The position numbers and the translations under genes were made by a program. Positions 35,870 through 49,164 of a stretch of 64,000 bases of DNA are shown here, piece after piece. The DNA is from Octopus bimaculoides. Its lineage: Eukaryota. The DNA is taken from NCBI RefSeq assembly GCF_001194135.2, contig NC_068991.1, positions 53,140,624 through 53,204,623 of the forward strand. The letters are read 5' to 3'. Position 1 is the stretch's first letter; each line of letters begins with the position of its first letter. The notes beneath the pieces were generated by a model. It was given only the letters and a program-made list of their open reading frames with translations, was not told the DNA's origin and did no database searches.

Positions 35870-36835
35870 GGACAAAATAACAGAAACATTTTATTCTATT
35901 GGTAATATGACGAATTCAAAACTGTTCTAGTATATGTGTCCATATGCATTATGCATGCCTTGTACTTCATGACATATGTGATATCCAAAGAGGACAAATT
36001 GTTGGAACAGAGAAGGCTGGAGCTTCTGTCACTAAAATTGCTGAATTGTTTAACATTTTAAGAGGTACAGTCTCTTAAAATCATCTTGGCATTCCAAAAC
36101 CAAGATCAAACCAGATCTGACATGCATAAATCTGGACAGAAAGAAAAACTCAGATAGTGGGAATATGGCAGTAAAAATGACAGCAGAGCCAACCCTGTGT
36201 TACCCAAAACCGTTTGTTGTGAGTTCCATAAAGATTTCCCGAATGGCTCAATGGAACAATATCTTTTCCAATGAACCATCATTCACCTCTTTCCTCCCAT
36301 TTTGAAGCAAATTTTTTTTCTGAAGACTACCCAGATAAGCTTGACTGCATAGCTCCTACTGTGAAGCATAAAAATGCCTCTGTGATGATTTGGACAGCCT
36401 TATGGAATTCTCTTGGCTCTTTAGTTATTCTACATGGAAGAATTAATGTCAATAATTATCACAGTATTTTTGGTTGAACGTGTCTATCCAATGGTACAAA
36501 CATTATTCTCTAATGGCAGCACAATCTTTCAAGGTGATAAAACAATTCACATGGCTAATTTGATATGACGAGTTCAAAAGTGAAGCAGACTATATGGATT
36601 AGTTCCTACAATCACCAGATCTCAATATAAATGAACATTTATGGGCATTAGGGAGTTGCTTTTCTCCACCATCATCACTGAAAGAGCCAAAGTAGGTTTT
36701 ACTAGAATTGCTCAAAATTTCCCCCGGCAACCACTCAGAACCTATAAGAGTCAATTCTCCAAGGTGAGGTGGACCAATTTCATATTAACAAAGCACTTTT
36801 AAATTGTTTCCATCAGTGTTGACCAACATCTGTTT
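35870..36835 (+). mobile_element. Decayed Tc1-like transposon
   Basis: Remnants QRGQIVGTEKAGASVTKIAELFNILRGTVS, KNASVMIWTA, LHGRIN, VYPMVQTLFSNGSTIFQGD, QSPDLNINEHLW. Weak degenerate TIRs; deletions prevent counting the DDE spacing. Confidence 0.75.
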
Positions 36836-37236
36836 ATGTATACACACACACACAGTTACTTACATATATAGACAGGATACATATATACATATTGCATATG
36901 TACATGCACATACAACTATAGATTTACACATATCTATACACACATATACACATGTATACATACATTCATGCATGCACATAAACATACACCAATATATACA
37001 AATACATAAACACAAATACACTACATACACATTGATGTGTATGTAACCATCAAGTTCAGTCCCACTTTGTGGCAACTTGAACAAGTTTCTTCCACTACAA
37101 TACCAAGCTCAGACAAAGTCTTGTGAGTGGATTATGCTCATACATCCAAATATATAGTATACATATACACATCTATTCAGATATAGACACACACATGCAA
37201 ACCAAAGTTTATGAGTTACTAAGTTTCAGAAATTAA

Positions 37237-37419
37237 TCCTTTAGCAGTTAAACTGGCTAAGTTGGCCTGAATATTCTGATTTATGTTCAAATTGGCCAGA
37301 TTTAGCCTCTCACACTACCCCTACATCATTGAAATCTCAAAGCTACAAGATATTGCATGATCAATTCAAAGCAATGTGAAATAAGCATTGCATTTGACAG
37401 TAATCTGAATGCTAAAGGG
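37237..37419. mobile_element. piggyBac-like MITE
   Basis: Ends TTAA|tcctttagca ... tgctaaaggg|TTAA (short TIR plus TTAA target). A related copy at about 17530-17711 shares the body and right end. Confidence 0.6.
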
Positions 37420-37913
37420 TTAAAGCTTAAATACATTGAGATTTTATATTACTGAGAAGAAAAACAAAACCAAAAAAAAAAAACCCTCACTTTTTCTTGT
37501 GATTAATTTCATCTTCAGATAATGAAAAGAATGTGTCTGAAATGTTCTTAGGTGATTCAAAATGTAAATTTCTTGCAAATCATTTAATGTTCATTTTCCA
37601 TGCCGACATGAGTTGGACAGTTTGACAGGAGCTGCAAGCTAGAAGAGCTGCCCAGGCTCCAATTGTCTGTTTCAGCAGACTTTCTATGGCTGGATTGCCT
37701 ACCTAATGCCAACCATTTTACAGTGTGCACTGGGTAATTTTTATGTGGCACCAAATTAAGATATCGAATTAAAATCAGTCAGGTAAAATGAAAACAAGAG
37801 TTAAACCTAGACACCTTAATGTCCAAGATGAGTTTTTGGTGAGATGAAATATTAAAAAAAATCATTTATATCTACAGTTTCCCTCTCTAATTGCTATGAG
37901 GTGACATTCCTGG

Positions 37914-37944
<31 letters not shown>

Positions 37945-38656
37945 NNNNNNNNNNNNNNNNNNNNNNNNNNNNNNNNNNNNNNNNNNNNNNNNNNNNNNNN
38001 NNNNNNNNNNNNNNNNNNNNNNNNNNNNNNNNNNNNNNNNNNNNGCAAAGAATGATGTGATTATTGTTATTGTAAATATATATATATATATATATACATA
38101 CATATATATAGTGTGAAGGCACATAGGTGCATGATTTAATGGTTAGGGTGTTATCTTCACACAAAATCATAGTTTTGATTCCCAGACTGCCAATGTATTG
38201 TTTGTGAGCAAGATACTTCATTTCACATTGCTTCAGTCTATGCAGCTGTAAATGGGTAACCCTGCAATGGAATAGCATTCCAATCAAGGGAAATGTTGGC
38301 CTGCCTACCAAGTCAGCAGGGTGGCATCATTTGAAAGCGACAACAGTGCAAGGAAGCACATTGTGACATGCAGAGATATAATACAAAATAGGGTTTGAAC
38401 TAGAAGCCTTTACTTCTAAGGATAACAACACTTGCCCATTAAACATATGTAATGTTATATTTTATGGCTACTTAAATTTATCTTTCAGGAAAGGTAGTCA
38501 CATTGATCTGATATTAACAGTGAGATAACTGACTAGATTACTATTAAACATCATATACAGAAGTTTCCATTTTTTTTTTCATCAATTACAGAAATTTCCT
38601 TCCATAGTAGTATATGTTTTCCTTTCTTGCACCATACGCATTCAACCGTTCCTCAC

Positions 38657-38723
38657 TTAGCTGTTTCTCCTCTCATTAAGATTTCCAAAGTTCCTCTATT
38701 CTGACCTTTAGATGCCAACTTTA
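38657..38723 (-). CDS. Candidate BICD downstream exon (IKLASKGQNRGTLEILMRGETA)
   Basis: Acceptor aaatttatctttcAG. Only the phase-1 frame is open. Donors AA|GTGAGG (38656) or TGC|GTATGG (38637, after a TGA stop). Confidence 0.35.
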
Positions 38724-39564
38724 CTGAAAGATAAATTTAAATAATGAGAAAATATAACAATTGTATATGCATCAGTTGCCTAGTGAATAAATGTTATTAC
38801 TCAATTTAAAGATTAAAGTTCCTAGTTCTAATCCAGTTTGGTAATACATACATGCTCAAGAATAAGACACCTGATAACAGCGAAATATTGAAACCTAAAT
38901 AAATATTCATTCTTTTCAACAATTAACCTTTCTCAAGGTGAGGTTAATAGTTGGAAAAGCTATTTTATAAAAATGTCTTGGACTATTTAAGTCTTATTTA
39001 ATAAAAGTCCTCATTTTCATATGGCATGCAAGGGATTGATATGTCAACTTAATATTCATATACATTACAGGTGAAGAATGAATCCATGATGATTGTCATT
39101 TCTTTCACATGGAACACAAGTGAAATGACTGAGACTTGAGCTGTACAGTTTCTGGGCTAGCATACCTCAAAATATTAACAGAACAAAACATTGAAAATGT
39201 CACTTGTACTAATCAACCACCAAGCACATTCTAACATTTGTCAAATATATAAAAAACAAAACAAAAAAAAAAGGTGCTTGGAAAAGCTCAGGATATAAAG
39301 ATGAAATGAGAAACACTGATTATGGTAGAGAAATCTGCCTAGAAAAAGAAAATTCCTTCAAAGAAAATTCTTATGGTAGATGGTTTGGATATGATCTCAA
39401 CGACAATAATATTCAGACATTACACAACATAATTTAAATCCTCATAATTAGAATGGAGATAAAGAACAAACAATTGGTAAATAGACTTCAGTAAATTGAG
39501 AAAGAAAAAAAAAAAATACTAGTCCTGTGGACACCAATGATATTCAAGGAGAACACACCATTAC

Positions 39565-39592
39565 TATTTGGGGACAGGGGAGGTGCAGCAGG
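39565..39592 (-). CDS. Candidate BICD downstream micro-exon (PAAPPLSPN)
   Basis: Acceptor tcttatctattttctgcatgatactgcacaAG, 28 nt, donor ATA|GTAATG. Phase 0 in (matches donor at 49222), phase 1 out (matches next candidate). Splice-site inspection only. Confidence 0.3.
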
Positions 39593-42037
39593 CTTGTGCA
39601 GTATCATGCAGAAAATAGATAAGACAAATAGACACACAATTATTACTAAGCATACTAATAATTTATAAACATAACAGTGAAAGAATGAGTCAACAGACTG
39701 ACAAGTTTATCTTGATAATGAATGGTCCTACAAGAGTGAAATGATTGGTGAAAAAGTATAAAAATATTAAGATATGAAGGGAAAAACATGAAATATTAAA
39801 ACTACACAACAAATGTAATTTCAGTTTACTTTAATTTAGAAATATTCCTTCCAAGTAGTGATATTTGGCAAATCAAATATTTTCCTACAATGAATTCCTG
39901 ATAGCTGACTGAGGATGCAATGAATGATCAAAATAATATGGACACCTAGATCCAACCATGCCAATGACTAGAAATACAAAAATAATGTTTTGAAAACAAA
40001 CCATTGCAGCCTTTAATCACAACTAATGACCCTGTAGTCTATGTTGTAAAGAGGCCCGAAATAAAACAATAACCCTGGTTACTTCAATGAATTATAATTA
40101 TTAATGTTTCAACTGTAAATCTAAAGAAACTTATGTATATAGACATGGTAGAAAAAGAGTGGCAATGGTGGTGGTGATATCTAAGCAAATTCACATTGGC
40201 TTGCTGAAGTTCATTTAACTATGGGATGAGGGCAGGGTAACTTAAAATTAATTGTATTTGATGGCTTAAAAGAAGCAATAGCATATTAGACATCCCAATT
40301 TCAGTAGCACTTACTCAGGAGTAAAATATTTTAGTGCATTAAAGCATGAAGTATAGGCCCAGCTTCTCTATAGGTGGGGGTTTTTTTTTGAGACATTTTC
40401 TTTGAGAAAAAGGATCTCAAAAACCATCAAATGCAATACCTACTAGCCAACATGCTTAAGACATTTAGCTGTAATAAATTATGTGACAAATCTGAAAGCA
40501 TGGATCTAAAATTTATATATCCTGCTGGTAATACATAAAAAGCAACCAATACACTATAAAGTGGCTGGCGTGAGGAAGGGCATCTGGCTGTAGAAACCAT
40601 GTCAAAACAGACTGTAGAACCTGGTGCAGCTCCTGGACTCACCAGCTCCTGTCAAACCATTCAACCCATGCTAGCATAGAAAACTGAAGTTAAATGAAGA
40701 TTTCACATTAAACCAAACCTAAAAATATAAGCTTAAATACAACAGGATTTTGTAACATAGTATTCTAAATTAAGCAACTAAGATGTATAAACTAAATATT
40801 CTCTCCTGATACATTATAATGTAGGTTGCACAAATTCAAAGCTGAATACAAAATATTTCCAGTGTTTGAAAATCCTAATTTGATTTCTTCAATCAGTCTC
40901 ATTTCTGAGAAAAATAATTACATTCAATTGTTGTATGACAAGTTCAATGCATTGAAAGAGAGAGAGAGAAAGAGAAGGAACGGCAAAACTTAATTTACAT
41001 TCAACTAAAAGAATTTTGCTCATTTCCTGTTGACTCCCGGAAGTATGCTATTATAGTTTTATAGTAACAGAACTGATGCAAACCATTGAATCAGAATTGA
41101 AAGCTTATAAACATTTGAGCCTGCATTAGATCAACCTCACAATACTATTATTCATAAAAGTTGCTGGCCAGTATTATAGTAGTATACAGTAATAATTTTT
41201 AATATGAAACTTCTAGTTTCAAACTCAATCTAGTACTGCCTTAACACATTTCTTAAAAGACTAATTTGGAATCAGTGTCACAATTATTGCACTGTATTTA
41301 TGATAGAATGTATGGAGGAGATAAATTACCAAATTAATATTTTTTTTAGAGAGAAATCATATGGAAAATATGAAGGTTGTTTAATTTTAAATAAATAAAA
41401 TATGCCAATATTTTCAATAATTATAGACAATCATAAAAGAAAAAGAAATACAAATAAAAGTTAAAATATTGAAAACAAAAATTCTTTGCAAGATTCTATA
41501 ATCATCCTAAAATAAATGTTGCCTAAATAACATTCAGCTTATTCAGAAGTCAAATTATATTAGAAACAACTGCATTTAGTTAGTCATGAAAACCAGATAA
41601 ATTCTTTATTTGGATTTGTTTTATTTTGCAATATTAAATATCATTAAGTCTCTTTTGTCAAACATGATGACCTGATCACTGATATGGCTGTAATAAAACA
41701 TCAAGTGACCAGGTTACTGATGCAAGATAAAATACAGAAACTTAATACAAATGGTATTACAAAATAAAACAAAAGCCTTTAATATAGGAAGGTGTATGTG
41801 TTTTAAAAAGTTTCTCATGACAATACAAGTGCTTCAGTTTGAACACAAACTCTTGGATGAAGTCACTCAAGTGCAATTCCAAAATGTTTTGAAGATTTTA
41901 TTTCTTTAACTGAAGGGCTGAAATAAAGTGCAATCTTCATTCTGGTGAATACAATATATAAAAAAAATATATAAACATGCAAAAAAAGTAAATGGATGCA
42001 AATAGATATACCATATATCTTAATGCTAAAAAAAAAA

Positions 42038-42245
42038 AAAAAAAATCTTCACAAACCGTTACTCAGAATTTCTTGTGACCGTTCATTAGACAGTTGTGAT
42101 AATACTGAATTCAGTATTATCAGTGAAACTGAGTAATAGTTTGTGAAGATTTTTTTTCAGCTTTATTAAAACAGTTCATTACTCAACCTTTGGTATTCGA
42201 GTACTGTTGTCTTCACTTTTGTTTTGCACCTATGTGCTTACTTGT
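42038..42245. mobile_element. Second, decayed copy of the Penelope-derived fold-back family
   Basis: Outer IR 42038-42072 / 42125-42157 and perfect 26 bp palindrome 42097-42122. Flank 42160-42245 resembles the reverse complement of 13583-13665. Confidence 0.65.
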
Positions 42246-43234
42246 GCGTGTGTTTGAATGTGTGTCTAACTCCAAGCAGCTGCAGATGGTTAATTATATA
42301 CATGTAATTAAATAAAATTATAATATCACTAGTTGATCAGTTGAATCATTAACGCCTTTAGTTTATTGATTATTCTAATCAGTTTACCTAAAACCTTTCA
42401 GATTCTGAAGCCCTAGTAAATATGGTATTTTTATATTCTATCATGAAAATAGATAAAAAAAAATAGGATGTTTTGATTAACAGTTTCTCATGCAAAAAGA
42501 CTTAGTATCCAAGACTGGGCTTGGTTATTTTGAATCTGTATTTGCAAGCGTTGAACAAGAGGGAGGTAAAGGAAACTAGCTTAGATAATGTAGGAAAGTT
42601 GTTAGTGTTAGATGATATAGGAAGAGGAGGATAACATCTGCTCTTGCAGAGGAAAAGGTTGTACTCTATTACATCCATCTATAAGACTAGCAAAAGTATT
42701 CTATAAACTGATCTAATGCAGTTGACAACAGACTAGATGAGAGAAGAATGAAGCAAAGAATTAAGGTACAAGTTAAAATGCTCAATTATACAATACTACC
42801 AAGTATGATCATAGTTGCATTAAAAAAAAAATGTTAATATAATTTGTGTAAAGAAAGAGTACTTGTGCCACCAATCCTAATAACTAAAATACATTTCAAT
42901 GAAGACTGCTAACTACCCTATATTAATGACATGCAGTCATCAATATACTCTTCACGCTTCAATTGTGACTACTTAGAACATTTTAGTTGAGATTTTGAGA
43001 TCCAACTATATATTCACAAATGTTTGTCTGTGCATGTGTATGTATGCGCACATGCATAGAATACAAGATGCACAACATGTTTGTGAACCATAAAAGAAAC
43101 AGCAGTGTAATTTGACTGTAAATTTAACTAATTAGCATATCTTATACACATGTGTATAAATACATACAGGCACCTGTATCACACACACTGTGTGTGCTCA
43201 TACATCCACATATATGCATACTTATATGTACATA

Positions 43235-43660
43235 CACCTACTTCCACTTATCAATCCAAACACATCTATACAGATACATACAATTAAATAGAATCCAGGG
43301 AGACTGATGCTGGGTGTACATTGGCTAGGCCTATATTATTTACTAAAATTGATAGAAATTCAGTGAATTTGTCCTGCTGAGTGGAAAAATTCAATGTTTC
43401 AGACAGTTCTTCGGGGAAACGTTGACAGGACATGTATATATGCATATACACCTGCTTCCACTTATCAATCCAAACACATAAACATCTATACAGATACATA
43501 CAATCAAGTAGAACCAAAAGAGACTGATGTTGGGTCTACATTGGCAAGACCTATAATTATTTAATAAAATTGATAAAAGTTCGGTGAATTTGTCCTGGTG
43601 AATGGAAAAATTCAATATTTCAGACAGTTCTTCTGGGAAACGACAGGATATGTATATATG
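43235..43660. repeat. Tandem duplication of about 214 bp
   Basis: cacct.cttccacttatcaatccaaacacat...gaaaaattcaat.tttcagacagttcttc.gggaaacg..gacagg occurs at 43235 and 43449. Confidence 0.9.
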
Positions 43661-45164
43661 AGGTGTGTGGGTGGCTAATCCTGTTTTAATGCCTACTTTT
43701 CCATGCTTTCATGGCTCAGATCAAGTTTACTGAGGCAAATTTCCTATAGCAGGATGCCCTTCCTGTCACTAACCCTCATTTGTTTCCAGAGAGGTTTTCA
43801 AACTACATTGGATATGAACGATAGTTTATGCAACAAAGACACTCATTTACTATCAGGCTATATGAAAACGACAACACACACAAACTCACAAGGATTTGGT
43901 TGGTCTGAGGCCAAAGTAAAAGAAAGCCCCATGAAGTAGGACTGATTCTAAAATCATGTGGTTGAGAAGCAAACCACTTAACACCTTAGCCCATGTGTGT
44001 GTATACACAAACATGTATATTAACACCGATATGATGTCCAATGAGACGGTTGGTCTTGGTTGGGACATGTTTACCATGTTACTAAACAGTCATTTTCTCC
44101 AATAATTTTGTTGGACTGAACCAGGGCCAGTAAAGAAATCATAGTTGAAGCTGACTTCAAAGTTATTTGAAAGGTCTGAATTGTGGCCATTATCTTCCTG
44201 TCAGAACTTAACCTATTTGACAATTACATATATAATAATAACCTTTCCTTAATTACTGACAAAAAAAACGTTAATACTTTATGAAAACAATGTACTCTAT
44301 CAAAACAAATGGTTTTAGCTACAACAAATAAATTGTAAGCGTTGCCAAAACATTGCTGTGTAAAGAGTATTTATGAAATGGAAACCAATAAATTAAAATG
44401 AATTCTTTATAAGAATAGAATCCATAAACGCTTGTCCTGTTGCAGTGAACATATTTCTTGGGTGTATGTCAACATTTGATTCCAACTGGAATATCTTTGT
44501 CAGGACTACAAACAATAAAATATTTTGCAACCATCACAAGCAGTTGCTGACTATTTCACATCCAGCAATGATTATATTTATCCAATGTAAATCTATTCGT
44601 ATTTTCAGACAGTATTTACAAGGACTTCAATGATGATACTTATGTCTTAACAACAAATTGTTTATCTTTGTAAACAATTTGCAAGTCTTTTGGTTTTGAT
44701 ATGTTCACCATGAAAAGTGAATATAAAAATTCAAGACCTGTTTTCTTTCACCTTTTCTTCACTGTATGTTATACCAAGAAGAACACAGAAGCAGGGGGCA
44801 ACAACTCGTGCTAGTTGCCAGACTGTTTATATAGCTCTCCAGCACAAGTAAGCATAAAATGTGCTTAGTACCAATTGGAAGCCATCTTGAAGCATCTCAA
44901 GGAGAAACAAGAACTGCATTGACACTCCAGTATGAAACCCCTTAGATTTAAATCCATTGAAGAATATAACTATAGGCCTTCAAGTTAGAGCTCTGCTAAT
45001 TATATTCCGAATGAGACTGCTGAGCAGGTGATACTCTTTCAGAAAAGCCCCAAAACTTTCAAACCTCAAAACAGCTTGTGTAGCTGTAGAGTTGAAGTAA
45101 ATGGCCTACAATATTTCAAGGAACTCACAAACTATGCAATGCCTGTGAGATAGCTATCAGAAAA

Positions 45165-45202
<38 letters not shown>

Positions 45203-48200
45203 GCTGTCTAAGATAGTGAATTGCAGGTGAGTCTTCTTTTTACATGCCAACATCATTTAACGTCTGCTTTCCATGCTGGCATGGGTTGGACAGTTTGACT
45301 GAGGATTAGTAAACCAGGAGGCTGCACCAGGTTCCAATCCAATGTGACAAAGTTTCTACAGCTGGACACACTTCCTAATGCCATCCACTCCGAGTGTAGT
45401 GGTTGCCTTTTAAGTGCCAGTCAGGTGGCACTGGTATCAGTCATGCTTGAATGGCACTCTTTACATGCCACCAGCATGTTCTTCACAAATTTTGCAGAAC
45501 TTTTTGAACTATCACTCTTCAAAATAACTAGGTCATAAAGCTGTCACACTTACTAGGCATTATGTCTTGCATTCCACACTGTACTCAAAACCACTCCCCA
45601 ACATCACTCAGTCCTATGTTCACCCAGATACCTAGTATTACATGTCACTATTCCAGCCTAACAATCACCAGAGAGTGTTCCTTCCATTGTCCACAGATTA
45701 CCAGAGGCGAAGCACATTACAAATGCTGTCCTCATGTACATGATTTATGAAAAGGCTTCTCCAAGACTTAAGAAATAGCATGATCAAATCCAATATTGAG
45801 ACAATGGCTGTGAAGGTCAAGTGCTGATCTGCTGACCAGATGACCAAATAACTTATAATTACAGGCATTGTAGACCACCCTATAAAAAGATGCAGGAGTC
45901 AGTTTAGTCCAGTTGAGTGTCAAAACTATTCACACTTACATGAAGATTGGTGGCTAGGAAAAGGACAAAAGCCATGCCACCAATGCAAGCATAGAAAATT
46001 AACAGAAAAGAAATAGAATCGATTCCAATACAAGCTTAATATTGGCCAACCATTAAATTCCAATAATTTACAATATTTTAAGTAGCCTAGTCTATAGATA
46101 AGGTGTTTATAGAAGAGAGGTTCACTTTCAAAATGTTTAAATTTTCAATTTTTCTATGTTGGTGAGAGATGAAGTTTGGTCAACACTTAGCACAAGCTCT
46201 TTGCAATATCTAAGGTCTTCAAACCTCTCTAATTCTTGTAAATAGTCTGAATTCAGTTCCAGGTTTCAGAATTATAACACTATACTTCAAGTTAATTCAT
46301 ATAGTTTGTCCATCAAATAAGTAAAACCCTTAGTAAAGAAAAGTAGCAGTTAAAGATTCTTCTACAACATATATATCTCACTGCCCCCAAAATCATTAAC
46401 TGGTATATCACCTGGAAAAAGACTTGCAGTGAACTATCTGAACAGATTAGATTATTCATGTTGGTAACTACTCCATAGCACTTGGTATAGTCTATAATAG
46501 TTCCTAAACCAAGGAATATTCAAGAATGGACAAGATTAACACTGTGTAAAGAGTAAACTATCTTTACACACTGAAAATTTAAATTCTTCATTGAATAAAA
46601 TTCAATAATCATTGTTACTTTCACAAGAAAAATAATTTACCTGGTTTGATTTAAGTACATTTATGCTTTTACTAATAAATTCTTTTTCATATAATGAGCT
46701 CGCTTAATGAAAATTCATACATCTAAGTTGTCTTACAATATTCTGGACTTAATCTTCACTAAATAATGCTACCTTTCCTAACAATGCATCTAAGTTTTCC
46801 AAAAATTGTCATTTGTTTAATTCTTAACATTCTTAAAACTGCTTCTTTAATCATAAATCTGATCTGAGTTTTATAATATTCTGACTAAATAATACACAAA
46901 AAAGCTAGAATCCCACCAATTAACATTCCTCGTAATTAAATGTCAAAGGTCAATAAGATGTAACAAATAGTTGCACATTGAATATTATAGAATATCCCTT
47001 GATGAAGTGTGATGTATGGGAGATTAAAACAGATGCATTTAAATTATGGTTCAACTATTAGAAATACTTTGAGCCAAGCCCAATGACTAAACTGTTTTGA
47101 AATCCAGTTAAATTTTTGAAGTAAATAAAAGTGATTCTCTCTCATTATATATGTGAGAGAGAACGCAATAGCAATGACTGGCCCAGGTAAGCTGTACATA
47201 AGGAAAAAAAGTACACTTGCGAAAACATTAACTGATAGACTGCAGAAGAGGACTTTTAAGCAAATTTAAGACACTGGTTCTTAATTATAAATTCAAAATT
47301 GAATGGATTAAGAACTGGAATAAATCAGAAATGAAGTAAATTTTTTGCATTAATAACATATTTGTAATAACTTGAGAGTGGGGAGGTGAAAACATTTGGC
47401 AACGTTAGAAGGGAATCCAACTGCAGACCCCTACCACTTTTTTTAATACAAAAGTAATATAACTGTCAATATAATATATGACATTACCTGTTTTTCCATA
47501 CCAAAAACAAATGAACAAATCTGCCATGAGGCTGGAGTTAATTTGTGAGGATTAATATTTCTATGGCTGACCCCTCTATTGTAAAATTTTGTTACTACAC
47601 ATCTAAACCAAAGCCTACACCAAATTAACATCAACCAATATCTATTGTTAGCATATCATATGTTGATAACCAACTTAGTCCTGCATACATTTTGCTAATA
47701 ATTTTGATAGTGTTCCTTTTTAAATTCACACAATCTCCCTGCCAAATTAACCACACACACACACACACACACACACACTGAAACATACCCAAAGTGCTAT
47801 TACTCTCCAATTGCTAATCTCAACTTTCTTAAGTACCTCATATCAGATGATTTTAAAAAAATAATAATTTGAAGTGTCTGGAGGATAAATACCAACTGGA
47901 CACAATTTAAGTTTTTGGGGAAAAAACCCCCCTCCAAAACATGGAATGTTATAAAAAAAGATTTTTTTTGTTAAAAGGCAAGGAGCATAACAGGAGACTA
48001 TGTTGGATGCAGTGAGAGGTAGGATGAGATAAATGGACAGAGAAAGCAGCAAACATACAGTTCATTCATATTCAAGTTGTTTTTTAAAGCAGCACATTCA
48101 ACAGCCAAATTCTTTTTCTAGTTCTTAAATCTATGAGGATCAAGTTGTTAATCTATTTGTATTCAGCTGAGTGCACTTATATGATCTATATAATAAAGTT

Positions 48201-49164
48201 ACACTATCTTGTAGCTTTATTGTAACATTCTTCTCCCTTCATAGCCTGATGAGCAGAGTCTCAAAGTACATTCTAACTCAGATTTATGATTTTAAAAGGT
48301 TTTAAAAACATGGTGTTAGACACTGAATAAAAACTGCTGAAGAGCTTGGATGTAAAGTTAGGGAAGACGATATATTCAGTGAAGGATAATGGTTGAATCC
48401 CAAAATGTTCTGAAGCAGTTTTGAGACTGATCAATTTTACAATACAATTGTTTATTAAACCACATGAATAAAAGTACGATTGAACTTAAGTTGAGAACCT
48501 CTGAAGTCATGTCCAGATACCTCTGAAAAGTTATTCAAGCTGGTATATTAGTCAGTGAGAATAACGTTTCTAAACTGAGGAAATAAATGATTAACTAAGA
48601 AACCAATGCACCATTAATCTATTTTAATATTCTGACATCTCAGAAGCTTTCCTTGAAAATCCTGCAACTTTTTAGTGTCTTCAAATTCTCAAGTGTGTTA
48701 TATCACTGCAGTCAACCTTTTACTGGCTTTTACTATAAGCACACTTTGTTCAGAAACCTTGTTATTCAAGGAAAAATTATCCATGTCTCAGCTACATTTC
48801 TCTCACGATATCCAATTTTGGACCAATTTTAATTCTAACATAAAATAATCACCAAAATATCCAAGTACCATTCAAAAAATACCACCGCATAACAGAAATT
48901 AGAGGTAAAACTTAAATTGTTGACCAGCTGAATAATGGATTTGTGTAAAAAATAAAGTGACTAGCTTCAAACATTACATATACAAGCATGCATGTATACC
49001 CATTCACCCGGAAATATTTAGATATTTTTAAGAAATAGGGAAACACATCAAAGAGAACAAAGCAGGGAAAAATTAATGATAGCAGCTGCATTCCCCATTT
49101 AGGTAAGCACATTAGCCCCCCTGACTTACCCGGTTCTCCGGGTCCACAGGACTAGTCACCTAGT

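Noticed and set aside
48246-48275. CTGATGA followed by a short stem, hammerhead-like
   Set aside because: No GAAA at the required position and no stem I. Likewise CTGATGA near 22982 is just the FTDE codons of the Tc1 transposase.
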